Of a stretch of 64,000 nt of DNA, positions 1-8,869 are shown one piece after another. The stretch lies in NCBI GenBank assembly GCA_043739185.1, contig JAYUEN010000506.1, positions 15,682-79,681 on the forward strand, given 5' to 3'. Position 1 is the stretch's first letter. Every line of letters begins with the position of its first letter. The notes under the pieces were generated by a model. That model searched no databases and had not been told where the DNA came from. It saw only the letters and a program-made list of their open reading frames with translations. The stretch is from Bdellovibrionales bacterium. Lineage in GTDB: Bacteria; Bdellovibrionota; Bdellovibrionia; Bdellovibrionales; JAMPXM01. Both the position numbers and the translations under genes were made by a program.

Positions 1-60
1 AAGAAATTGGTTTAATTTAGTTGTATCGAAATGGGTCTGAGAGCTTGTTTCTAGATTCAA

Positions 61-1719
61 TCAATGCGTTTGGCTAGCAAAGTCGAAAAATATTTTTTTC
101 AACCATCTCGGAAAGTTCGCTCCAATTTGATAATCGGGTAAATCGGAGGCTGCAAATTGCCAACCGAAGATCATCACCCCTTCAAATTGGGCATTGGCAA
201 TATCAAACTGACCTCTAATAAAGTTGGCAAAAGCATTGTTAACTGCAAGTCCCGGATTGATCGAAACCTCTGAGTCGCTTGGGTACCAGCTCGCATGAGC
301 AAATCCTTGCATCACCAGCCAGCGCTCGATGCCGGGGTTTGCCTTTCTTGCAAAGATCGCAGAGTTCGTGGTGATATTATTTAAATTATCTAGAGAAAAG
401 GCTCCGCTGTTGCTCATATCAAAAGTATAGGGGTCAACGGCCATCCAGCTAATTCGCGCCATGAGTGCCGCCGTACAATCTGTTAGTTTCTGATACTTGT
501 TATTTACATTTGCTTCTGACAATACTGAAAGATAAGCATAGGGTGAAAATACAATCCCCAGCTTGGCTTTTGGAAACACACTTTGAACTAAACTTACAAT
601 TGCGTGCGCGTCCGTACAGGCGGTATCTATTTGTGCCTCGGTGCCTACGCCTGATCCATCCGTTCGCCAGAACACCTCATCTAGAATCCAAATTCTCCTA
701 CTAAGTGTTGATAAAAGCGGGCGTTTGGCTTTTTCAGAAGCTAAAATTTGTGCGGCGTCTGGTTTCAGTGCTTTATTTAAGGTGAAGTCGCCAGGGACCA
801 TAATAAGCGATCGTCCTGCGCCTTCAATCGATGCCTCATCAGCAGTATTCATTGCTATAGAAACTGAAGTGGGAAAGTCCGCAGTATTTAGATTTGCTGC
901 CGCAGGCAACAATTCGCCTATGAGTCGATCTGCAACATTTTGATTACTAGGTGCTGGCGTTGGCGTTGGTGTAGGCGTCGGCGTTGGCGTTGGCGTTGGT
1001 GTAGGCGTCGGCGTTGGCGTCGGTGTCGGCGTTGGCGTCGGTGTTGGCGTCGGTGTTGGCGTCGGTGTTGGTCCTATTTGAGAAACGATAGTCCATTGAA
1101 AAGCATAAGTTAAGGAATTAAGCCCTGCTCGGTCTCTCGCTCGTACCGAAACTCGGTGAGTTCCGAGGCTCAAACCGCTAAAGTTTTGATTGCTGCTACA
1201 AATATTTTCAAGAGTTTGATCTAACTGACAAAGGAAGGCTGATATTCCGCTTCCGGCATCTAGCCCCGATATTTTCAAATTAATTTGTGTCAATTGAGTT
1301 TGCGCGCCAACATCTGGCACTACATTTAGAGTAGGCGGAGTTTTATCCAACATAAAAACAAAAGTCTTTTGCAGGATGCTTGAAACGGTCTTAATTTGGA
1401 GAACAATTTGATGTGGACCATCAGACAGACCATTGATGCGAAATGGACTTTGGCAAGCCTTGAACGCAGCCTGATCTTGGCTACAAGAAATCTCATTGAT
1501 GATAGCAGGATTCTTAGAAATAACCGTGAAGCTAATATCATTTTGAGTGGTAAAGTCTTGCGGAGGATTATCAACTCTCAAAGTTACTTCTGAGTTTGAA
1601 ACTACAATGCTGCTAGAGTTTGTCATTGAATTATTTAGAGCTTCAAATCCGCTGCTACATCCAAAGAGAAAAAAGCAAACGACTGAAGGTAAAGTGATTT
1701 TAAATTTGTTACTTTTCAT
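61..1719 (-). CDS. Lipoprotein: Ig-like domains, (Pro-Thr)n linker, C-terminal putative glycoside-hydrolase-like TIM barrel
   Basis: Lipobox FLFGC; two Ig-like repeats (GLSDGPH / GLSLGTH..RARDRAG); long PT linker; C-terminal WILDE, AVDPY, WLVMQGF, GVMIFGW motifs. Confidence 0.65.
   Translation of the reverse strand: MKSNKFKITLPSVVCFFLFGCSSGFEALNNSMTNSSSIVVSNSEVTLRVDNPPQDFTTQNDISFTVISKNPAIINEISCSQDQAAFKACQSPFRINGLSDGPHQIVLQIKTVSSILQKTFVFMLDKTPPTLNVVPDVGAQTQLTQINLKISGLDAGSGISAFLCQLDQTLENICSSNQNFSGLSLGTHRVSVRARDRAGLNSLTYAFQWTIVSQIGPTPTPTPTPTPTPTPTPTPTPTPTPTPTPTPTPTPTPTPAPSNQNVADRLIGELLPAAANLNTADFPTSVSIAMNTADEASIEGAGRSLIMVPGDFTLNKALKPDAAQILASEKAKRPLLSTLSRRIWILDEVFWRTDGSGVGTEAQIDTACTDAHAIVSLVQSVFPKAKLGIVFSPYAYLSVLSEANVNNKYQKLTDCTAALMARISWMAVDPYTFDMSNSGAFSLDNLNNITTNSAIFARKANPGIERWLVMQGFAHASWYPSDSEVSINPGLAVNNAFANFIRGQFDIANAQFEGVMIFGWQFAASDLPDYQIGANFPRWLKKIFFDFASQTH
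955..1074 (-). repeat. Degenerate 6-bp tandem repeat encoding a (Pro-Thr)n linker
   Basis: ggcgtt/ggcgtc/ggtgtt units in frame within the 61..1719 CDS. Confidence 0.9.
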
Positions 1720-2111
1720 TTTCGAGGCTCTCTATGTTCATCTCTAAGTGTTCATATTTTTTCTGCTTAAACTGATCATAACAATTGCGCCAAAAAACCC
1801 AGATTGGATTCGAAACGGGTATCAAATTAGGGCAACAAAAGCTGACATTTTACCAAGAGTTAGACACCTAGATTTTTACACTGAATCTGACGCGCCTCTG
1901 CGTATCACAGTGATACTTCTCTAACCAAAATAGCAGCTATAACAAAATCTTTTGTTCATCTTAGGTTTTTGATCTTTTGCTCCAAATGCAGGCGACTTTT
2001 GCACAAATTGAAAGGCACTGTCACAAATTCTGTTGTCAAAGTTCGCAAAGCTAGACTAGCTTTTGGTCGTGTTTAAATGGAATTAAAATACACTTTCAAG
2101 GGGGATCTCAA

Positions 2112-3059
2112 ATGTTTTTAAAGAAAGCGCTACTCATAGCCTTAGTGACAATGGCTTCGACTGGATTCGTAAAGAGTACAGAACAAGGCATGCCGATAAA
2201 TAAATTTGTTAAAGCCGATGGACCTCACTGCAATTTCTTTCCAAGAAATAATATGAGGTTTTCAGTTAGCTTTGACGGCAACCAAATGACTGAGACCGAC
2301 TTCAACAGCATTTTAGATTTGGTCGCCAATGTTTATACTCCAATTTTTAATCAGTATGGGTTTGGACTATTCCAAATCGAAAGACGTTGGACAGATGATA
2401 CTGTTAACGCATTTGCAGATATCGGCAATGCCACTGATCCTAAAACTGGTAAAACTGTACCAGCTCGATTCATTCATATGTTTGGGGGCTTAGCTCGTCA
2501 CCCTCTTATGACAAAAGAGGGTTTCTTGCTTGTTGCCTGTCATGAAATCGGTCACCACCTTGGTGGATACCCAAGATACGGCGATCAAACTTGGGCCTCT
2601 GATGAAGGTGAATCTGACTATTACTCAACTTCAAAATGTGCGCGTTTTGTTTTAGGAAAACTTCCTTCAACTCCGGGCTGGCAACAAGTTCACTTTAATG
2701 AAGTCGATCCTACGGTTAGTGCACAGTGCAATCAAAGCTGGCCAGGAAATTTGGTTCAATCAACAATGTGTATGAGATCTTCTGTTGCAGGCTTGAGCCT
2801 GGGTCGCGTTTTGGGTTCACTTGAAGGCAATGCAAATGTTAATTTCAATACCCCCGACAAATCAGTTGTAACTCAAACTTATGACGGTCATCCAAAAGCT
2901 CAATGTCGACTTGATACTTATTTTCAAGCGGCACTTTGCCAGAAATCTGAAACTGAGCGCATGGGTTCAGGCCCAGGACAGGGTGCTTGCGAAGCTCCAG
3001 CACGTGGCGCGCGCCCAGCCTGCTGGTACAAAGCCACCGCCGGAATTGCAAGACGCTAG
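2112..3059 (+). CDS. Secreted Cys-rich zinc metalloprotease-like protein (HExxH)
   Basis: Signal peptide; VNAFA, CHEIGHHLGG and EGESDYY motifs; GGGGA RBS. Confidence 0.7.
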   Translation: MFLKKALLIALVTMASTGFVKSTEQGMPINKFVKADGPHCNFFPRNNMRFSVSFDGNQMTETDFNSILDLVANVYTPIFNQYGFGLFQIERRWTDDTVNAFADIGNATDPKTGKTVPARFIHMFGGLARHPLMTKEGFLLVACHEIGHHLGGYPRYGDQTWASDEGESDYYSTSKCARFVLGKLPSTPGWQQVHFNEVDPTVSAQCNQSWPGNLVQSTMCMRSSVAGLSLGRVLGSLEGNANVNFNTPDKSVVTQTYDGHPKAQCRLDTYFQAALCQKSETERMGSGPGQGACEAPARGARPACWYKATAGIARR

Positions 3060-3082
3060 TAAAAATTTCTTATTGAGATTCC

Positions 3083-3113
3083 AAAAAAGCGGCGTTCACG
3101 CCGCTTTTTTTTT
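3083..3113. terminator. Bidirectional intrinsic terminator
   Basis: aaaaaa-gcggcgt-tc-acgccgc-ttttttttt between convergent genes. Confidence 0.9.
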
Positions 3114-3124
3114 AAGATAAGCCT

Positions 3125-3937
3125 TCAACGCTGTACCACTTTTAACAACTCAACTTCTGCCTCACTCAGTCGATTCTCATTCTTGAAGATTGCAAGAATG
3201 CGATAGCTATAGATTTGGGTAAAACTTAAAATATTTTTAAGCCCGCCCAGAGGAAGAAAATCTGGCACCAAACAGCTCCCGCCAACAGACTCGGCTAGCT
3301 TTTGGGCAATAGACCAACTCTCAATTTCAATTTGCGAGTCGTAAGACTTTTTTCTCTTACTCAACATTTTCAGCAAAACATGGGTTTCTGGTCGCGCTTC
3401 ACTTGTAATCAGTGGTTCAATAAATTGGCCGCGTTTTGAGCGCAGCACGAATTGCCCGTCCGCAATTTGCTTAAAATCCAATCCAAAGGTCGCTTCATCG
3501 TCAACAATGAAGCCCAAGTTTACTGTTCCTTCTGAAACCAGTTGCCGAACTTTTGAAGTGATTCCGATTCGAATTTGTGTCTGTTTTAAATTATTTTGTT
3601 TTTTAAACGCTGGAATAATTAGGGCCTCTGCCAGCGCACCCGAACAAGCGATTTTAAGTCGACCTTCAATTCGAGAGTCGACTTTCACTGAGTTTTGAAA
3701 TGACTCGACACCAATTTTAGCTCTTTGATAAAACCGCCGGCCCTCAGGAGTCAGCATCAATTCATTTTTAGAATGTGAAATGACGTCAAATCCAATAATC
3801 TCTTCAATTCGGCGAATGGCCTGACTAATGGCCGAACGTGAAATGTGATTTTTCTCGGCAGCTAGAGTTAAACTATTTAACTCGATGCTATCGATAAAAT
3901 ATTTAAGTGCATTGAGATTTAGATCAGCCCAATTCAT
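3125..3937 (-). CDS. LysR-family transcriptional regulator
   Basis: N-terminal HTH LNSLTLAAEKNHISRSAISQAIRRIE, LTPEG motif, typical length. Confidence 0.9.
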   Translation of the reverse strand: MNWADLNLNALKYFIDSIELNSLTLAAEKNHISRSAISQAIRRIEEIIGFDVISHSKNELMLTPEGRRFYQRAKIGVESFQNSVKVDSRIEGRLKIACSGALAEALIIPAFKKQNNLKQTQIRIGITSKVRQLVSEGTVNLGFIVDDEATFGLDFKQIADGQFVLRSKRGQFIEPLITSEARPETHVLLKMLSKRKKSYDSQIEIESWSIAQKLAESVGGSCLVPDFLPLGGLKNILSFTQIYSYRILAIFKNENRLSEAEVELLKVVQR

Positions 3938-4025
3938 GATTAGTAAAACTTACCACTTACTTAATTATTAGTCACTTTTAATTATCCACAATTTAGTTTA
4001 CACCTGCTCAAACAAAGGAGAATTT

Positions 4026-4433
4026 ATGAAGCTTACTACTTTACTTATTGGACTTTTCCTGGCTGATGCCGCTCAGGCGCAGAGATTCTATTGCCAGAGT
4101 GATTCGGATTGTGGGACCTGGGCGCACTGCTACCAAGGCGGCCAATGCATCGAGGACGAACAAAATGGCTTTATCGGCGCCAATTCTCTGCCGCTAAACA
4201 AGAATGATTTAATTCGAAAGTGTATTACCTCAGCCAAAAACTATGCCGATAAAAATCATAGCCTTTGGAATTCAAGCGCACATTATGGGGGCGTTCTTTA
4301 CAACTCCTGTTATGTCCGCGTAACGAAGCTTAGGCCAGGGACGAACTCATGTAGTTACAAATACAATGTCGATATGAGTTCGTGGTCGGTTCGATATATT
4401 GAGGACATCGGATGCGGCGATAACCATTATTAA
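4026..4433 (+). CDS. Small secreted Cys-rich protein
   Basis: AAGGAG RBS, signal peptide ending AQA, 8 Cys; divergent from LysR. Confidence 0.7.
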   Translation: MKLTTLLIGLFLADAAQAQRFYCQSDSDCGTWAHCYQGGQCIEDEQNGFIGANSLPLNKNDLIRKCITSAKNYADKNHSLWNSSAHYGGVLYNSCYVRVTKLRPGTNSCSYKYNVDMSSWSVRYIEDIGCGDNHY

Positions 4434-4460
4434 AATCCACAAAGAGCGGCAGCGGACTGA

Positions 4461-4769
4461 TTATACAAGTTCGTGCCTCGCCGCACGATAATGTAAAATG
4501 TAGCGATACCAAGCTCCTTCAGGCATCAAGGGCTCAACGTGAACTTTCTGTTGCCCCCGACCATTTGAACTGTCACTGCCCCATTGACTTGGATCAAGTG
4601 AATTCCACGTTACTGTCCAGTAAATTGAGTCTGCACCTTGGCGAGTAAAGCTGAGAGAGTACGGCGGATAAGTATCTCCGTTTTCAGGTGAATGCGCTTG
4701 TAAGACGAGCATCGAATCATCGTTGCTATCAGGTGAGTCTGGCATGGATCCGCCTACTTTTCTCATCAC
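4461..4769 (-). CDS. Hypothetical protein or gene fragment
   Basis: 102-aa ORF with no clear RBS; may be a remnant. Confidence 0.3.
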   Translation of the reverse strand: MMRKVGGSMPDSPDSNDDSMLVLQAHSPENGDTYPPYSLSFTRQGADSIYWTVTWNSLDPSQWGSDSSNGRGQQKVHVEPLMPEGAWYRYILHYRAARHELV

Positions 4770-4967
4770 GGCTGCGGCTTCCCATACGTCTATTCCTGGT
4801 GGCCTTGGTTCGCTTCCGAGTCCGCAAAAATGGCCTCATCGTAAAAACCCTAAACAAGGGAGTCACGTATAGAATCATAGGGGTCGAGCTAAGTGACTAG
4901 CTTTACTTGTTTAAATCCTTGTTTGCTAAATTGAAAGGGCGGTGCGAACTTTGCTTAAATAAGCTTG

Positions 4968-6173
4968 ATGAATTTTATGCTGGTGCTCCTTTCTATTTTG
5001 ATTTCTCTCAGCAGTCACGCGGCACTGGTTGATTTTACCCAAACTGGTGATGACGTCGATTATTTTCGTCGAATCAAGCAACTAGCGCCGGGCGACGAAA
5101 TTGCATTTTTCTCCGAAGGAAAATTAAGAATTATTGGCTTAGAAAAGGAGCTTGGCGTGGGCCAGGGTTTTGGTTCAAGGGTCTTTAGCATCAAAGGATC
5201 AAACGAAAAACAAATCGTCAAGATTTCAAAAACTCCCACCCCTCCAACGCCGAACTTCTCACTCATTGCTGAAGCCAGGTCTTTAGAGGCTCATAGGGCA
5301 ATGGGAATTTTAGCTCCGCAAGTAGATCTCATTTCAGATCAACAACAGATTTTGGTTAAAGCCTTTGCTCCGGGTGAGCTTGGCACCCGACTCGTTGAAG
5401 AAATTGAAAATATGCCCGCTACTGAAACTCTAAATAGACTTCTGGCTCTTGAAACCTTATTTTCAATTTATGAAGAAAATCTTATTTATCCCACTGACCT
5501 TACGCCAAGTAATTTCACCTTTGTTGAAGACGGCAATCGCGTCGAGGTGTTTGACCCAGGGCCGCTCGCGCGGCGCTCATGGCAAGAGGGAATATCTTAT
5601 CGCAAGGCTTTGGTTCACTTTCGCTTCACAGCAATGTCTTTATGGGCCGCAATCTTATATTTTAAATCGATCGATACCGATGTCGACAATCATAAACTCA
5701 AATTGCGTATGCAAAATTTGTTAAGTGAAATGGGTGGTTTTGATACGGCTCATTTTGCAAAGCTCCTTTATTTTGAAAATGACAAAGAGCACCTGCCACT
5801 TCGAAAGGCTATCCTAAAATCAATGAACTATTTTTCAAAAGAATTTAAATATTTTGAGGGGCCTCAAAGTATTAACTCCGGAGATCTTGAATCTCTCAAA
5901 GCTGAACTTGTTAAACGGCTTTTAGCAACCCAAACTCCAGTGGAGTTTTTAAATTTAAAAAATCGCATCATTAAGTTGAAATTTCCCAATGCAAATGAGA
6001 TTTTGAATTTAAATTCGGTACTTGCGCACTTTTCCAAACTCAATCCAAATAGAGCTGAACAGTTTTTAGGTCGCTTTGAAATGGCTTCGAAGTTCTTAGT
6101 GGGCGTAAGAAATATGTTTTCATTCCCTTCAAATGCTAGTAGTTCGTCTAGCTGTATCGCCTTATTTAATTGA
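4968..6173 (+). CDS. Secreted protein-kinase-like protein
   Basis: Signal peptide ending SHA; Gly loop LGVGQGFGSRV, IVKIS, PTDLTPSNF catalytic loop, FDPG. Confidence 0.65.
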   Translation: MNFMLVLLSILISLSSHAALVDFTQTGDDVDYFRRIKQLAPGDEIAFFSEGKLRIIGLEKELGVGQGFGSRVFSIKGSNEKQIVKISKTPTPPTPNFSLIAEARSLEAHRAMGILAPQVDLISDQQQILVKAFAPGELGTRLVEEIENMPATETLNRLLALETLFSIYEENLIYPTDLTPSNFTFVEDGNRVEVFDPGPLARRSWQEGISYRKALVHFRFTAMSLWAAILYFKSIDTDVDNHKLKLRMQNLLSEMGGFDTAHFAKLLYFENDKEHLPLRKAILKSMNYFSKEFKYFEGPQSINSGDLESLKAELVKRLLATQTPVEFLNLKNRIIKLKFPNANEILNLNSVLAHFSKLNPNRAEQFLGRFEMASKFLVGVRNMFSFPSNASSSSSCIALFN

Positions 6174-6264
6174 TTCTCTACTCGCTCTACGGCCAAATAT
6201 TTATGAATTTTTGAATAGCTCCCCATTGTGTAATATCATGAATTCATCTTTACGTAGGATTCAT

Positions 6265-7239
6265 ATGTTTATAAAATTTTTATGTTTTGCATTTTCATTT
6301 TTAGTTCCGCTTGTCTGCGTTGCAGGACAAATTCAAAGCCCGAACGAAAATCTCTCTCGCTATATTAAATCTTATCAGTCGCAGAGCACCCTTCACGGAT
6401 TTATGGCTGAATTGAAAAAAATGAGTACTCCTGAATCCTTTGCCCATTTGCAGAAATATGTGGCGGCCTACGACAATGCGAAACTAATCAAAGTCCAATT
6501 TGACGGCAATTCAACTGTGAGCTTCGAAATTAACGGTCAAAAAAATCAAATTAAATTTGCTTCAATAGATGACAGCAAAATAAGCGTTAACGGTAAAAAC
6601 TTAAGCTTTTCAAGTCATCAGACCTTCGAAGAACGATGGAACAATCTTCTTAAACTTTTAGAAACAAAAACAGAAGATCGCAATGCTCTTCTAGAAATGA
6701 TAATCCCCTCTGCGAATGCCGAGGAAGCCCCTGCGGCCAATATTGCTGGCCCTCCTATTTCGGTTACCGGTGCTGCGATGCTAACTGACTTTGAGAAAGC
6801 GTGGAAAATTAAAAAAACCATCGTGCCTTTGGGCATTTTTGCTTTAGGCGAAAATTTTATAAATGATGGCGTTTGCAAGTCTATGCAAGACGACCTCCCC
6901 GAATGCTTCAAGTTAGAGGAAGACATTGTATTATTGCTATCTGCTTTCCCTGAGAGAGAAATGGCTAGTAAAAAGGATTTAGAAGTTCCTCATTGTGCAC
7001 AAGGAAACGAAAGGCCCCTTATTGACAAAGACGCAACCGAAAATTTCTCTAAGTCTTTTCGCGGCCTCGCAAATCGCGACCAAGAGCTCTCTCAAAGAGT
7101 TTCAAGCTGTGAAGGAAGTCTAAAAGGCGATCTCAATGAATGCCTTTCGAGTATCGGAACAGCATTAAAGTATCTGTGTGTTGATCTCGAAAAGAAGAAT
7201 ATCAAAAGTCTGACAAGAATTCCCGCAAGTACAAAGTGA
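6265..7239 (+). CDS. Exported hypothetical protein
   Basis: ATG 6265 after AGGA; signal peptide MFIKFLCFAFSFLVPLVCVA; C-terminal RIPAS. Confidence 0.65.
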   Translation: MFIKFLCFAFSFLVPLVCVAGQIQSPNENLSRYIKSYQSQSTLHGFMAELKKMSTPESFAHLQKYVAAYDNAKLIKVQFDGNSTVSFEINGQKNQIKFASIDDSKISVNGKNLSFSSHQTFEERWNNLLKLLETKTEDRNALLEMIIPSANAEEAPAANIAGPPISVTGAAMLTDFEKAWKIKKTIVPLGIFALGENFINDGVCKSMQDDLPECFKLEEDIVLLLSAFPEREMASKKDLEVPHCAQGNERPLIDKDATENFSKSFRGLANRDQELSQRVSSCEGSLKGDLNECLSSIGTALKYLCVDLEKKNIKSLTRIPASTK

Positions 7240-7564
7240 TTTTTGAAGTCGATATGACTTCAAGCCTTGAAAAACTCAGCGTCAGGCATTCCGAATTCAG
7301 TCAACAGCAGCTGATCCGAAAGCAGAGTCTGTACACCGAAACTGGCAAGCGGTTGACTACCGCTGCTGCCGTTAAAACTGACTTATCCCCGCTCTGGCTA
7401 AGGCTTAGCCAGCGATAACTCCTTTTTGGTCACTCCCAATTTTTGGCACCTATTTCAATAAAAAACGATTTTGAATAAGGCTTAAGACAGAGCCTTTCCG
7501 TCCTAATTTCAGGTGCTTGCGCGATATTTCAAGGCTTGCTTTCTATAAGCCTTAGGCACATTCC

Positions 7565-8869
7565 TTGAAGTTACTAGTATTTAGGATCGAGGTATTCGTG
7601 GGTCTTTGGGCCAAAATCGCTTTTGCAGTCTTCACTTTCGCCGTGTGCGGTAGTCGGCCTGCCATTGCTCAAAGCTCAATGCAATTTTCATATTTGCCCC
7701 CTGGCTTCACTCCTGGCGCAAGTTTATTTCATGAAAATTCAAATACGAATGATTCAAAAACCGAACTCAAATTAGATTCCCTCGAAAATTCAAACGGCAA
7801 TACATCTAAAATGAAGTATCAGCCGAGTCTATTTTCTTCAAAGAATTTTGAGTTGGAATATTCTTTGATCATGCTTGGCCTCGAACAAGAATCGGCTTAC
7901 GAAAGCTATCAAATTCTTTCGTTTCGAATTTACTCAACGATGAAGTATCGAATTTCCGAAGACTTTGTTCTGTTTGTTGAACCATATATTATTTTTCGTA
8001 CAGGCGCAGATCAAGAAACCGATGGCAATTCACACAACGGAACTGTTTTTTTTCCAAAGGATGCTTCGCTCATTTGGACACCTCTCAAATGGTGGCAAGT
8101 GCGCGGTGGAATTTTAGATCAAAATTATGTGCACAGTTTTTTGATGACTGAAGATCAAGCTTTTCCTGGCGTGCGCTCAAGCCTGTATTTAGGCGCTAAA
8201 GATTTCGGTACATCCCTATTAGCCGAGCAATCTATTTTGACTTATTCATCTAATACGAGTTCTACAAATCAACTTGAAAAAACTCCGACGCTTGAGTCTG
8301 CAGCAATTGAATCTCATTATAGTTTCAATCGCTCTAATCGAATTAAATTGTCCGCCGGCTATTGGCAATATGATAATCTTCCCTCCTCACTTGCGGCTTT
8401 GGCGATGCTCGGCGGAAATACCGTGAATCGAACATCTGATACCTATTCAGTTTTTGCTTATCAATTCAAAGGCGCTGAACTCAGATCACGCCTTGAACTG
8501 GGGCTCGGCCCAATTGATCTCAATCTCTATTCGGAAGGTCTTTACAATGAAGCCGCTCCAAAAGGGCTTAATATCGCCTGGAGCGCTGGCTCCGAACTCA
8601 GTTTACGAAGCACTCAAAATAGAAAATATGGAATCAACTTTGAATATTTTCATGTCGAGCCAGATGCCGCGGTTTCAGCTTATAATTCAGTCGAATTTGA
8701 TCGTAGCAATCGCAATGGCATCATGGTCATGCCCTACTTCAAGTGGGGAAAAAAGCAAAACAAGCTAAGCTTACGATATGTTCAAAGTAGCCTCATCTAT
8801 AATAATGCACCTCAGAGTGAAGTGACCCAGTTTCGTTTAAGATGGGAGACCGATTATGATCTCCTTTAG
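7565..8869 (+). CDS. Outer-membrane beta-barrel (putative porin); start may be GTG 7598
   Basis: Signal peptide ending AIA; alternating amphipathic strands; aromatic C-terminal strand FRLRWETDY. Confidence 0.7.
   Translation: MKLLVFRIEVFVGLWAKIAFAVFTFAVCGSRPAIAQSSMQFSYLPPGFTPGASLFHENSNTNDSKTELKLDSLENSNGNTSKMKYQPSLFSSKNFELEYSLIMLGLEQESAYESYQILSFRIYSTMKYRISEDFVLFVEPYIIFRTGADQETDGNSHNGTVFFPKDASLIWTPLKWWQVRGGILDQNYVHSFLMTEDQAFPGVRSSLYLGAKDFGTSLLAEQSILTYSSNTSSTNQLEKTPTLESAAIESHYSFNRSNRIKLSAGYWQYDNLPSSLAALAMLGGNTVNRTSDTYSVFAYQFKGAELRSRLELGLGPIDLNLYSEGLYNEAAPKGLNIAWSAGSELSLRSTQNRKYGINFEYFHVEPDAAVSAYNSVEFDRSNRNGIMVMPYFKWGKKQNKLSLRYVQSSLIYNNAPQSEVTQFRLRWETDYDLL

Noticed and set aside
955..1074. Tandem repeats as a possible CRISPR or contingency locus
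   Set aside because: No spacers; synonymous variation among 6-bp units shows selection on a Pro-Thr linker
6133..6264. Upstream start of the 368-aa ORF
   Set aside because: Overlaps the kinase gene; RBS and signal peptide fit ATG 6265
7236..7418. 60-aa ORF
   Set aside because: No RBS or recognisable features; the region looks more like structured non-coding DNA
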